From positions 1 through 28,489 of the IMG/VR virus record IMGVR_UViG_3300016471_000580: a stretch of DNA of 28,489 bases. One strand, given 5' to 3'. This DNA is from a virus. Its lineage: Duplodnaviria > Caudoviricetes. Both the position numbers and the translations under genes were made by a program. Numbering within the stretch: position 1 is the first letter of the stretch; the number at the start of each line of letters is the position of its first letter. Shown here piece after piece: positions 21,674 to 28,489 of the stretch. The notes beneath the pieces were generated by a model, which saw only the letters and a list, made by a program, of their open reading frames with translations, did no database searches and was not told the DNA's origin.

Positions 21674-23467
21674 CTATTCACAAGCCAAACAAGTGTCCCC
21701 CTCAGCGATAGCTTTCATATCTAATTCTTTAATAACTTCTCTTTCAATACGCTTCGCCACCTTATCTGCCTTCCCGATCTTCTCGGAGCGGCAATAGTAT
21801 AACGTTTTCAGTTTCATCTTCCATGCCATATAATGCACAGCATGCAGATATCTCACGTCCGCGTCTGGTCGGAAAAAGAGATTAACGGATTGCGCCTGGT
21901 CAATGTAACTCTGTCGGTCAGCTGCGTGCTCCACAATCCATCTTTGGTCAATCTCCATACTCGTTTTGAATACGTCGCGTGTATATTCATCCATCCAGTC
22001 CAGGTGTTGAACTGATCCGTCGTTAGCAATGACGCTTGACCAAATTTCATTGTATTTCTCCTCATTGGATTTACAATATTCTTTAATAATCTTATCTAAA
22101 TGCCTATTTTTATTAAGCGAAGATCCTGAAAGTGTATCCTGTCTATAAGCATTCGCGCGATAAGGTTCAATACTAGGTGAAGTATTACCCATAATGATAC
22201 TACTAGATGCGTTTGGTGCTATTGCTATGACATGGCTGAAACGAAGACCAGTGCCGACAGCATCAGGTGCTTCTCCTCGCTCAGATCCGAGTTGTTTGTT
22301 GGCATCATCTAACCCTTTTCGGATATGTTTGAAGATCTGCATGTTTCTTGACTTTGCGAGGGCCGACTCAAAAGGAACACCATTCCGTTGGAGATAGGCA
22401 TGATAACCAAGAGCGCCCACACCAATAGAGCGCTCGCGGCTAGCAGAATACTTGGCCCTGTTGACATGTACAGGAGCATTGTCAATGAAGTACTGAAGTA
22501 CGTTATCAAGCATCTCCGCAATGTCCCGGAGGAAAAGTTTATCCATCTTCCAATCATCATAGTACTCCAAGTTAACTGAAGACAAGCAACATACCGCGGT
22601 ACGATCCTTGTCTGTTGGTAGGATGATCTCGGAACACAGATTAGATTGCCGTATCTTTAATCCAAGATCTTTCTGAAATTTTGGCATTGCCTTATTGCTT
22701 GTATCAATGAAATGTAGATAAGGTTCACCGGTCTGCATTCTGATCTCAAGAATTCTTTGCCACAGATCCTTTGCACTTACCCGATCTCTAATTTCTCCGG
22801 AATGAGGATCTTTAAGTTCCCAAGTATCATCTGCATCCTTATCCTTCATGCACTTCTCAATTATCTCCATGAAGTCGTCTGTGATGTTGATTCCATGGTG
22901 TAGATTGAGAGTTCGCATGTTCGGATCACCTGTAGGCTTCCGCATCTCGAGAAATATAAGAATATCTGGATGACTAATATCAAGATAAGCAGCATAGCTA
23001 CCGCGGCGAGTCCTGCCTTGACGGTAAGCAAGCGATGAAGCATCATACGTACGTAGATGGGGCATAACACCCACCGATTTATCGTCTGCCGAACGAATCC
23101 CAATACCAATTCCAACCCCTCCTCCTAACATAGATAACCAATTTACTTCTGCCAGGGTATTGACAAGACCCTCCGCAGTATCGTCCAAATACGGCAAAAA
23201 GCATGATATAGGAAGCCCGCGCTTAGACCTACCAAAAGACAAAATAGGAGTGGAATAGCTGAGCCAATGCTTACTGCTATATTCGTATAATCTCTGAGCA
23301 TGCTCCGGGTTCGAAGAAAACGCTTTCGAAACATATGCAAATCTCTCCTGCGGAGATTTTTCATCCTCCCGCATATAACTTTCTTTTAATCTCTTTATAC
23401 CCAAATCATCGAATAGGGAATCTCGAGAATAGTCTACTGTAATACCGTGAACGGTTTCACCTGTCAT
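21674..23467 (-). CDS. nrdA: class I ribonucleotide reductase alpha subunit (short form, no ATP cone)
   Basis: ISCFL, GGGVG, SNLCSEI, CCLSSVN, APNASSS, DQAQSVN, KTLYYCR and C-terminal CLACE; 597 aa. Confidence 0.96.
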   Translation of the reverse strand: MTGETVHGITVDYSRDSLFDDLGIKRLKESYMREDEKSPQERFAYVSKAFSSNPEHAQRLYEYSSKHWLSYSTPILSFGRSKRGLPISCFLPYLDDTAEGLVNTLAEVNWLSMLGGGVGIGIGIRSADDKSVGVMPHLRTYDASSLAYRQGRTRRGSYAAYLDISHPDILIFLEMRKPTGDPNMRTLNLHHGINITDDFMEIIEKCMKDKDADDTWELKDPHSGEIRDRVSAKDLWQRILEIRMQTGEPYLHFIDTSNKAMPKFQKDLGLKIRQSNLCSEIILPTDKDRTAVCCLSSVNLEYYDDWKMDKLFLRDIAEMLDNVLQYFIDNAPVHVNRAKYSASRERSIGVGALGYHAYLQRNGVPFESALAKSRNMQIFKHIRKGLDDANKQLGSERGEAPDAVGTGLRFSHVIAIAPNASSSIIMGNTSPSIEPYRANAYRQDTLSGSSLNKNRHLDKIIKEYCKSNEEKYNEIWSSVIANDGSVQHLDWMDEYTRDVFKTSMEIDQRWIVEHAADRQSYIDQAQSVNLFFRPDADVRYLHAVHYMAWKMKLKTLYYCRSEKIGKADKVAKRIEREVIKELDMKAIAEGDTCLACE

Positions 23468-23505
23468 ACAAACTCCAGTTGTTGTTATTGTTTTATGGTT
23501 ACTAC

Positions 23506-23715
23506 TTAGGCTACTGCTGAGACAATGGTGATTGTATTTTCAACCAAAGATTGTAATTCTTGTTTACGTCTCATTTCTTCTTCGCCAAGGGTCACTGCCT
23601 TTTCTACTTCAAGGCCTTGTAATATATTTAGATATTCATCTTTAGATATTTCTTGATTCTCATAAAAAGATGTTGCTTCCTGGAACGTTTGTTCGACCGA
23701 TGTTAAATTTTTCAT
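23506..23715 (-). CDS. small acidic helical protein
   Basis: ATGA overlap with the lipoprotein gene. Confidence 0.7.
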   Translation of the reverse strand: MKNLTSVEQTFQEATSFYENQEISKDEYLNILQGLEVEKAVTLGEEEMRRKQELQSLVENTITIVSAVA

Positions 23716-24134
23716 CTTGCCTTACTCCCTATAACTTTCTGTATCGATTCTGCTGATCTATTTATTTGTTGAATTTTTAATTTACAGAACCCGGCTGAAA
23801 CTTTATCATTATCTTCATACTGTTTCTTTGCTTGAGATGTTAAATCAAATAATTTTAAAGATAGATCATGTGCATTCTTATTGCGGGGGATATTTTCGGT
23901 ATAATTTTTAAATAGAACAGATTGAGAATATAGTTCATCAAATACTGCTTCTGCTATATCTCTATCCTCGCAGAATTTCGCACCGAGTGAAGACTTAGTT
24001 CGTATATCGCTGATAATAAAATATTCGTTGGTATCATATCCTGCCATCATATAGGCATCGTAGGTATCTTTTAGTGTAGAACAACCTGCTAGTAATAATA
24101 AACTACCTAGTAGTATTGGTGTTAGGCTTTTCAT
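23712..24134 (-). CDS. lipoprotein of unknown function
   Basis: Signal peptide with LLAG-C lipobox; two further Cys; overlaps the o-spanin gene. Confidence 0.8.
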   Translation of the reverse strand: MKSLTPILLGSLLLLAGCSTLKDTYDAYMMAGYDTNEYFIISDIRTKSSLGAKFCEDRDIAEAVFDELYSQSVLFKNYTENIPRNKNAHDLSLKLFDLTSQAKKQYEDNDKVSAGFCKLKIQQINRSAESIQKVIGSKAR

Positions 24135-24501
24135 AATAATCCTTATATTTTAATATAATAGCACGTTGTGATGCTATATAATTCCGTAGTTCTGCCATGG
24201 TTACTGCAAGTTCTTGATAGCCTTCATCGCTTAGTCCGATAAGCACAACATCCATATTCTTTTCTTTAAGCTTCTTCCACACCTCTTCCGCATTTGCTTG
24301 AGTAATAACTATCCATTCGAAGTCCCTTGTTTTTAGCGGAGAAAGTTCTGGTATATTCAAAGGTGTTTTTTCTGCAGGTTTAGATATAACCTCGATGGGT
24401 TTGATATCTTTCGATTTACCCAATCCCGGTACGCTGAGAGAAGCGCAACCGCTAAGGAGTAACAGGCTTAAAATTGGGATCAATAAGTGATGGACATTCA
24501 C
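24103..24501 (-). CDS. putative o-spanin (Rz1-like outer-membrane lipoprotein)
   Basis: LLSG-C lipobox, Pro-rich linker and C-terminal amphipathic helix; overlaps the 3' end of the i-spanin gene. Confidence 0.78.
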   Translation of the reverse strand: MNVHHLLIPILSLLLLSGCASLSVPGLGKSKDIKPIEVISKPAEKTPLNIPELSPLKTRDFEWIVITQANAEEVWKKLKEKNMDVVLIGLSDEGYQELAVTMAELRNYIASQRAIILKYKDYYEKPNTNTTR

Positions 24502-24934
24502 GATTTGCCTCTATTGGTGTTTTTGCTGATAATTCTTTCTGATTCAAAGGGGCGCCAGACGCCAATTCCATACATCGCAAAACATTTAGCGTGCCCCTAT
24601 TTACTAAGGTCTGCACTTTATCTGGTTGAGATTCAGCAAATGCTCCAAAATCTCTACCATCTTTACTGAATTTATCGGTAAGATTTTTCACATCTTGCCT
24701 CTGTCTCTCAGATTGGTCCTGCAGACTTTTATTTATAGTTTGAATCTGTTCTATTTCTTTTTTAGTCTGTTCCATGACAGATTGTTGTTCTATCATAGCT
24801 TTTTCTAATTGCTCATTGTTAAGTTCTGAGACAGCAAGCTGAGCTTGCAGATTTGAAATATACCAGAATCCATACCCGCCTATCGCGAGCATAACTAGTA
24901 TAATTAGATATTTGATTGCAGAAAATATTCCCAT
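24452..24934 (-). CDS. putative i-spanin (Rz-like)
   Basis: N-terminal TM, long coiled coil and two C-terminal Cys; followed by an overlapping lipoprotein gene. Confidence 0.78.
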   Translation of the reverse strand: MGIFSAIKYLIILVMLAIGGYGFWYISNLQAQLAVSELNNEQLEKAMIEQQSVMEQTKKEIEQIQTINKSLQDQSERQRQDVKNLTDKFSKDGRDFGAFAESQPDKVQTLVNRGTLNVLRCMELASGAPLNQKELSAKTPIEANRECPSLIDPNFKPVTP

Positions 24935-24956
24935 GTCATTAGATTCTCCTTCATAC

Positions 24957-25631
24957 TTATATATCTTTTATGATTTCTTCAGACAGTGGAAATACCTCTG
25001 AAATAACTTTTGCACACGCTTTTGCTATATCCATATGCTCCTTCTGAGTCCCGTTTGAAGCCCGCAATTCAATATAATGAATCCACGATCTCAGTGTGCC
25101 TGCCATATAGAGTCTGCTCATGGTCAGTCCTTCGGGTAAGACCGCCCTTGCTTGTTCTTTTGCGATTCCATTATGTATAGCCCAAGTATATGCCTCTTTT
25201 GCCGCGCCGATAACCGCCCGTTGTTTATCCTCCCATAGAAGGGACGTAAGCTTATTATCGGGATCTGTCATATCAAGTTCTACACTATTCTGTCGATTCT
25301 TCTCATCCTGCAATCTGGCCTCACGGGTAACGAAATCTAATTCCTGAATAGGATCGGCATATCTCTGGCTAAATTCTTGGAAAGAAAAGGAGCGGTGGCG
25401 GAGCATCTGTCGGGCGATATCCCTAGTAGTCTCAATTTCAAGTGTGATGTGAACCATCTCTAAGGGAGACCAATGCTTATTCTTGATTAGATATCGAATA
25501 AGTTTTTCTGAGGTTTCCTTATTCATCTGATTCGAAGGATTCGATACGCGGGCACAGAATGCTACGAGTTCCGTCATATTTTCTGCGAAATACTGCGCAG
25601 GTTGCGAATATGAAATTAATTCTACTTTCAT
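24957..25631 (-). CDS. thyX: flavin-dependent thymidylate synthase
   Basis: ARVS, HWSPLE, RHRSFSFQEFSQRY ThyX motif, EQARAVLP and TQKEH. Confidence 0.96.
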   Translation of the reverse strand: MKVELISYSQPAQYFAENMTELVAFCARVSNPSNQMNKETSEKLIRYLIKNKHWSPLEMVHITLEIETTRDIARQMLRHRSFSFQEFSQRYADPIQELDFVTREARLQDEKNRQNSVELDMTDPDNKLTSLLWEDKQRAVIGAAKEAYTWAIHNGIAKEQARAVLPEGLTMSRLYMAGTLRSWIHYIELRASNGTQKEHMDIAKACAKVISEVFPLSEEIIKDI

Positions 25632-26146
25632 CTAATTACACCATCCCACCTATAAAGTAATTCTTTTAATTGATCAATAGTATCTTCTACAGATTTGTGA
25701 AAGATAGCATATCCGCCTGCTTCTCGGAAATCCAAGATGTTCTGCTCAGTATCATCGATGAGCAATGAATCGGGGGTAGCATATAGTTTCTTATTCTTTT
25801 TACCTGGGACAATGTTTGGGATATAATTAATGTTGCGAGCATTCAACCAATTAATCTTTTGTTCTTTAACTTTCTCATGATTATGGACACCGCCGCTAGA
25901 TGAAAGTATTTCTACAGGTATCTTGGTTTCATTGAGAAAATCAAGTAACTTCTCGGAACCTCGTATCTGAGGTAGTAATTCAAACCCTCGATTATCGATA
26001 AAATCTTGCCAATATTTCCAGTAATTTTTCCTGCTTCTATTGGCCTCGATCTCATCCATCGTTATATTGAACATCTCTTGATATGTATGATAAAAATCCG
26101 CGATCACCCCATCCATATCTAAGTATATCTTTTTTATAATAGGCAT
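25628..26146 (-). CDS. 5'(3')-deoxyribonucleotidase-like HAD hydrolase
   Basis: IYLDMDGVIADF, ILSS, K..W and LLIDD...N. Confidence 0.85.
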   Translation of the reverse strand: MPIIKKIYLDMDGVIADFYHTYQEMFNITMDEIEANRSRKNYWKYWQDFIDNRGFELLPQIRGSEKLLDFLNETKIPVEILSSSGGVHNHEKVKEQKINWLNARNINYIPNIVPGKKNKKLYATPDSLLIDDTEQNILDFREAGGYAIFHKSVEDTIDQLKELLYRWDGVIR

Positions 26147-26854
26147 TTAATCCCACAATCCTTCATAGTATTTACCAAATAAACGGAATCCATTCTTGAT
26201 ACGATCGTGATACTTCTTGCGACCTTCTTCATCATAGGTGCGAGTGTGATTAGGTCCATGGATCATCTGGGACATACCATCATCCAATTTCTTCCACTGT
26301 AGATCCGCCTCTCCTGACTCAAACTTCTTTTCCCAATCATCATCAAGTTTACTCTCAAATGCGAAGATCATCTCGCCCATGACCCAATCCCAACGCTTGT
26401 GGTGGTTTTCATCAATGTCATGTTCTTCAACAGGGGGTGCAGATGTAGAGCGGAGTTCCTCCGGAACATCATCATCGTCAACGTAAGGTGATCCATGCTT
26501 CTTCTCTTTCAACTGCTTGAGCATGGGAGTGATGATGTGGGCAAGTGTATCATCCATTGACCAAGTATCCCAAGGATCAATGCGCACATCAATCTTGCGC
26601 TTCTTTTTGCTATCGACCCAAAGGAGAAACTTGTAGAGCCAGGTATGTGGGCGATCGCCCCACTTGGTGATATCGCCAACATTCGGTTCGGGTTCGATAG
26701 AACCATGTGCTAGCCATTCACCAAAGCGATGAACTCGTTCTGCGGTATGAGGGAATCCATACTCATCTTTTTCTTTTGGAACCCAGAACATCAACATCTC
26801 TGCGAGTTGAAAAGGTCCAAACCAATTTTTGTATTTGCCAATATAAACTTTCAT
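26147..26854 (-). CDS. conserved T4-like phage hypothetical protein (primase-adjacent)
   Basis: MKVYIGKY, RIDPWDTWSMD.TLA.II.PML.QLK..KHG and GFRLFGKYY.GLWD; start moved to ATG 26854. Confidence 0.8.
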   Translation of the reverse strand: MKVYIGKYKNWFGPFQLAEMLMFWVPKEKDEYGFPHTAERVHRFGEWLAHGSIEPEPNVGDITKWGDRPHTWLYKFLLWVDSKKKRKIDVRIDPWDTWSMDDTLAHIITPMLKQLKEKKHGSPYVDDDDVPEELRSTSAPPVEEHDIDENHHKRWDWVMGEMIFAFESKLDDDWEKKFESGEADLQWKKLDDGMSQMIHGPNHTRTYDEEGRKKYHDRIKNGFRLFGKYYEGLWD

Positions 26855-26855
26855 C

Positions 26856-27869
26856 TCAGCATCTCTTCCATTCAGTAAACTTAACCCGAGCATTCAATCC
26901 TGAGTATATATTTTTCTTAATTATATCCATAGGATTTTTACCTTCAAGCACAATATCATTTATATCTTTAGCCATCAAAGTTTGTGGCCATATAACAACA
27001 TTATAATTGCTTTGAATAACTTTGTCAAGTAATTTACATACTTCCTTATTCCTTGGTTGGTTATCAAAGATCACAACTAGATTCTCTTTCGGTATATCTA
27101 GTGATCCCAATTTACCAAATGTTGTGCCGGATACTGCGATAGAATTTGGAAGGAATAAACTATCTAGCGGACCTTCCGTAACATACACCTGTTTACTCTT
27201 ATCCACAGTATCTAAACCAAAGATCAATAGATTCTCTTCCTTGATCTTTATAGTGACATATCTCAAAGATTCATTACGAAGTGCCCTGCAAGTAACACCT
27301 GCAAGCTGACCATTAGCATCATAGAAAGGGATAACCAATCTAGGTTCAACACCCTTGACCCGTTCTTTATAAGACTCATTTAATTGAACAATATCTTTAA
27401 TATTCTCGATATAGTATAGTCTCTTGAAAACTTCCCTCGGTATCTTTCGCTTCAAACAGAATTCAACCGCCTCGTTAGTTTCCGGTAAGGTATCTAAACG
27501 ATCTAATAAATCGTCAAGCAATCTTTCCTTCTTATCAAATACGGGTTCCGCCATCTTGATCTCAAAATTCTGATGCGGCTTATTCCTAGGTAGTCCCTCA
27601 CTATATCTCTCTAAAACATACTGACTATATACTAGCTCATTCAATCCTTTCAGGAATGTGCCGAAGTGCATTGATGCACCGCAGTTGTGACACTTGTAGA
27701 ACAGATCATTTTTGACCGAGTAAAAGTATCCGCGAGTCTTCGTTTTCTTCTTCGAAGAATCCCCGCAGAGTATACATCTGCAATTAAACAGATTATCTTT
27801 TTTCTTTTTGAACATCGGGAGCTGATTTGAGATCATCCCGAGATATTTTAGATCAACAAACAAAGACAT
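26856..27869 (-). CDS. DNA primase (T4 gp61-like)
   Basis: CILCGDS...CHNC zinc finger, RLVIPF, and TOPRIM motifs VTEGPLDSLF, FDNQPRN and KDIND. Confidence 0.93.
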   Translation of the reverse strand: MSLFVDLKYLGMISNQLPMFKKKKDNLFNCRCILCGDSSKKKTKTRGYFYSVKNDLFYKCHNCGASMHFGTFLKGLNELVYSQYVLERYSEGLPRNKPHQNFEIKMAEPVFDKKERLLDDLLDRLDTLPETNEAVEFCLKRKIPREVFKRLYYIENIKDIVQLNESYKERVKGVEPRLVIPFYDANGQLAGVTCRALRNESLRYVTIKIKEENLLIFGLDTVDKSKQVYVTEGPLDSLFLPNSIAVSGTTFGKLGSLDIPKENLVVIFDNQPRNKEVCKLLDKVIQSNYNVVIWPQTLMAKDINDIVLEGKNPMDIIKKNIYSGLNARVKFTEWKRC

Positions 27870-27928
27870 AGTAACAGGCTCCTAACTGAACCTATATTTT
27901 ATAATCTATAATAATGAAAATCTATAAG

Positions 27929-28294
27929 TTAAAAGAGTTTTTCTAACTTAATGTGAGCCAAAACATAGCCAACAACGACAGAAGCACCCAGAAGCATCCA
28001 ACGCCATTTTTCAATATCCGAAATTTTCTCCATAAGTTTTTCGTTATTGGCGATGCTACTTTGGTTATGCTCCTCTAACTTTTCGAGTAAGCTATCATTC
28101 TTCTTCTCGAAATCGTTTCTCAGATCATCGCGAAGATCACTGATCCTCGAATGCAGGACCGCGTAATTACTATCCATCTTCGTCTCAATCTTTTCTAAAT
28201 TTGAATTAATAGTGGTTACTTGGCTCTCGAGAACAGATACCCTTGAATCAGTATCTGTCTCGCGAGCCGAACCATTACGTAAGGCTTCCGCCAT
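27929..28294 (-). CDS. coiled-coil protein with C-terminal TM (XhlA/holin-like architecture)
   Basis: RVSVLE coiled coil followed by EKWRWMLLGASVVVGYVL. Confidence 0.6.
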   Translation of the reverse strand: MAEALRNGSARETDTDSRVSVLESQVTTINSNLEKIETKMDSNYAVLHSRISDLRDDLRNDFEKKNDSLLEKLEEHNQSSIANNEKLMEKISDIEKWRWMLLGASVVVGYVLAHIKLEKLF

Positions 28295-28297
28295 AAG

Positions 28298-28489
28298 TTA
28301 AGCTTTCTTGGACTTTGGTTTCTTTGCTGCAGGAGTCTTAGCAGAAGGTTTACCCTCTACTGCTGTTTTTACTGCAGGTTTCCTACCACGTTTAGCTTTC
28401 GGTTTATCTTGTTGTATAGGCGGAGTTTCGACGACGTATGGCGGAGTATCTACGGTTAGTGTCATGGGGACATCCTCAACCTTCGGTGC
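28298..28489 (-). CDS. 3' end of a Pro/Lys/Ala-rich protein (partial)
   Basis: Hand translation ...APKVEDVPMTLTVDTPPYVVETPPIQQDKPKAKRGRKPAVKTAVEGKPSAKTPAAKKPKSKKA*; open from the window edge. Confidence 0.65.
   Translation of the reverse strand, partial: APKVEDVPMTLTVDTPPYVVETPPIQQDKPKAKRGRKPAVKTAVEGKPSAKTPAAKKPKSKKA

Noticed and set aside
16800-23467. Introns or inteins in nrdA/nrdB
   Set aside because: Both ORFs are continuous, of normal or short length, with all motifs in frame; the endonucleases are free-standing.
545-27309. All plus-strand ORFs in the track (e.g. 545..886, 1810..2295, 3798..4331, 12982..13503, 16195..16560)
   Set aside because: They are antisense shadows of well-supported minus-strand genes, with no recognisable motifs or plus-strand promoters.
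1-28489. Alternative genetic code or stop-codon reassignment
   Set aside because: Core genes are full length in the standard code, and TAA, TAG and TGA all terminate genes at tight junctions.

Overview
This is a 28.5-kb fragment of a large T4-like (myovirus-type) bacteriophage genome. Every credible gene lies on the minus strand. The host is probably Gram-negative, judged from the spanins, lipoproteins and IHF-consensus sites. In transcription order (right to left) the window holds five blocks. (1) gp61-like DNA primase, a HAD deoxyribonucleotidase and thyX. (2) An i-spanin/o-spanin pair plus an extra lipoprotein. (3) Class Ia nrdA and nrdB, separated by a ~3.9-kb island bracketed by two free-standing homing endonucleases (HNH and GIY-YIG type). 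The island carries a HAD phosphatase with a capsid-targeting-like N-terminus, a YccA/BI-1 membrane protein and a PlcP/LpxH-family metallophosphoesterase; dCMP deaminase, a cytidylyltransferase and a GIY-YIG nuclease follow nrdB. (4) A ~7-kb late-promoter-to-terminator cassette of putative fibre/adhesin genes: a repeat-stalk protein, an adaptor-like protein, a triple Gly-rich protein, an IPT-Ig-LamG x3 protein, a stand-alone IPT paralog and an MGHFAK protein. (5) An early-type region of small genes driven by near-consensus sigma70 promoters; three look leaderless and two carry an upstream IHF-consensus box. Several sub-60-aa ORFs missing from the supplied track were recovered by hand. No tRNA, rRNA, CRISPR array, intron or intein was recognised. 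All family assignments come from motif recognition, not database searches.
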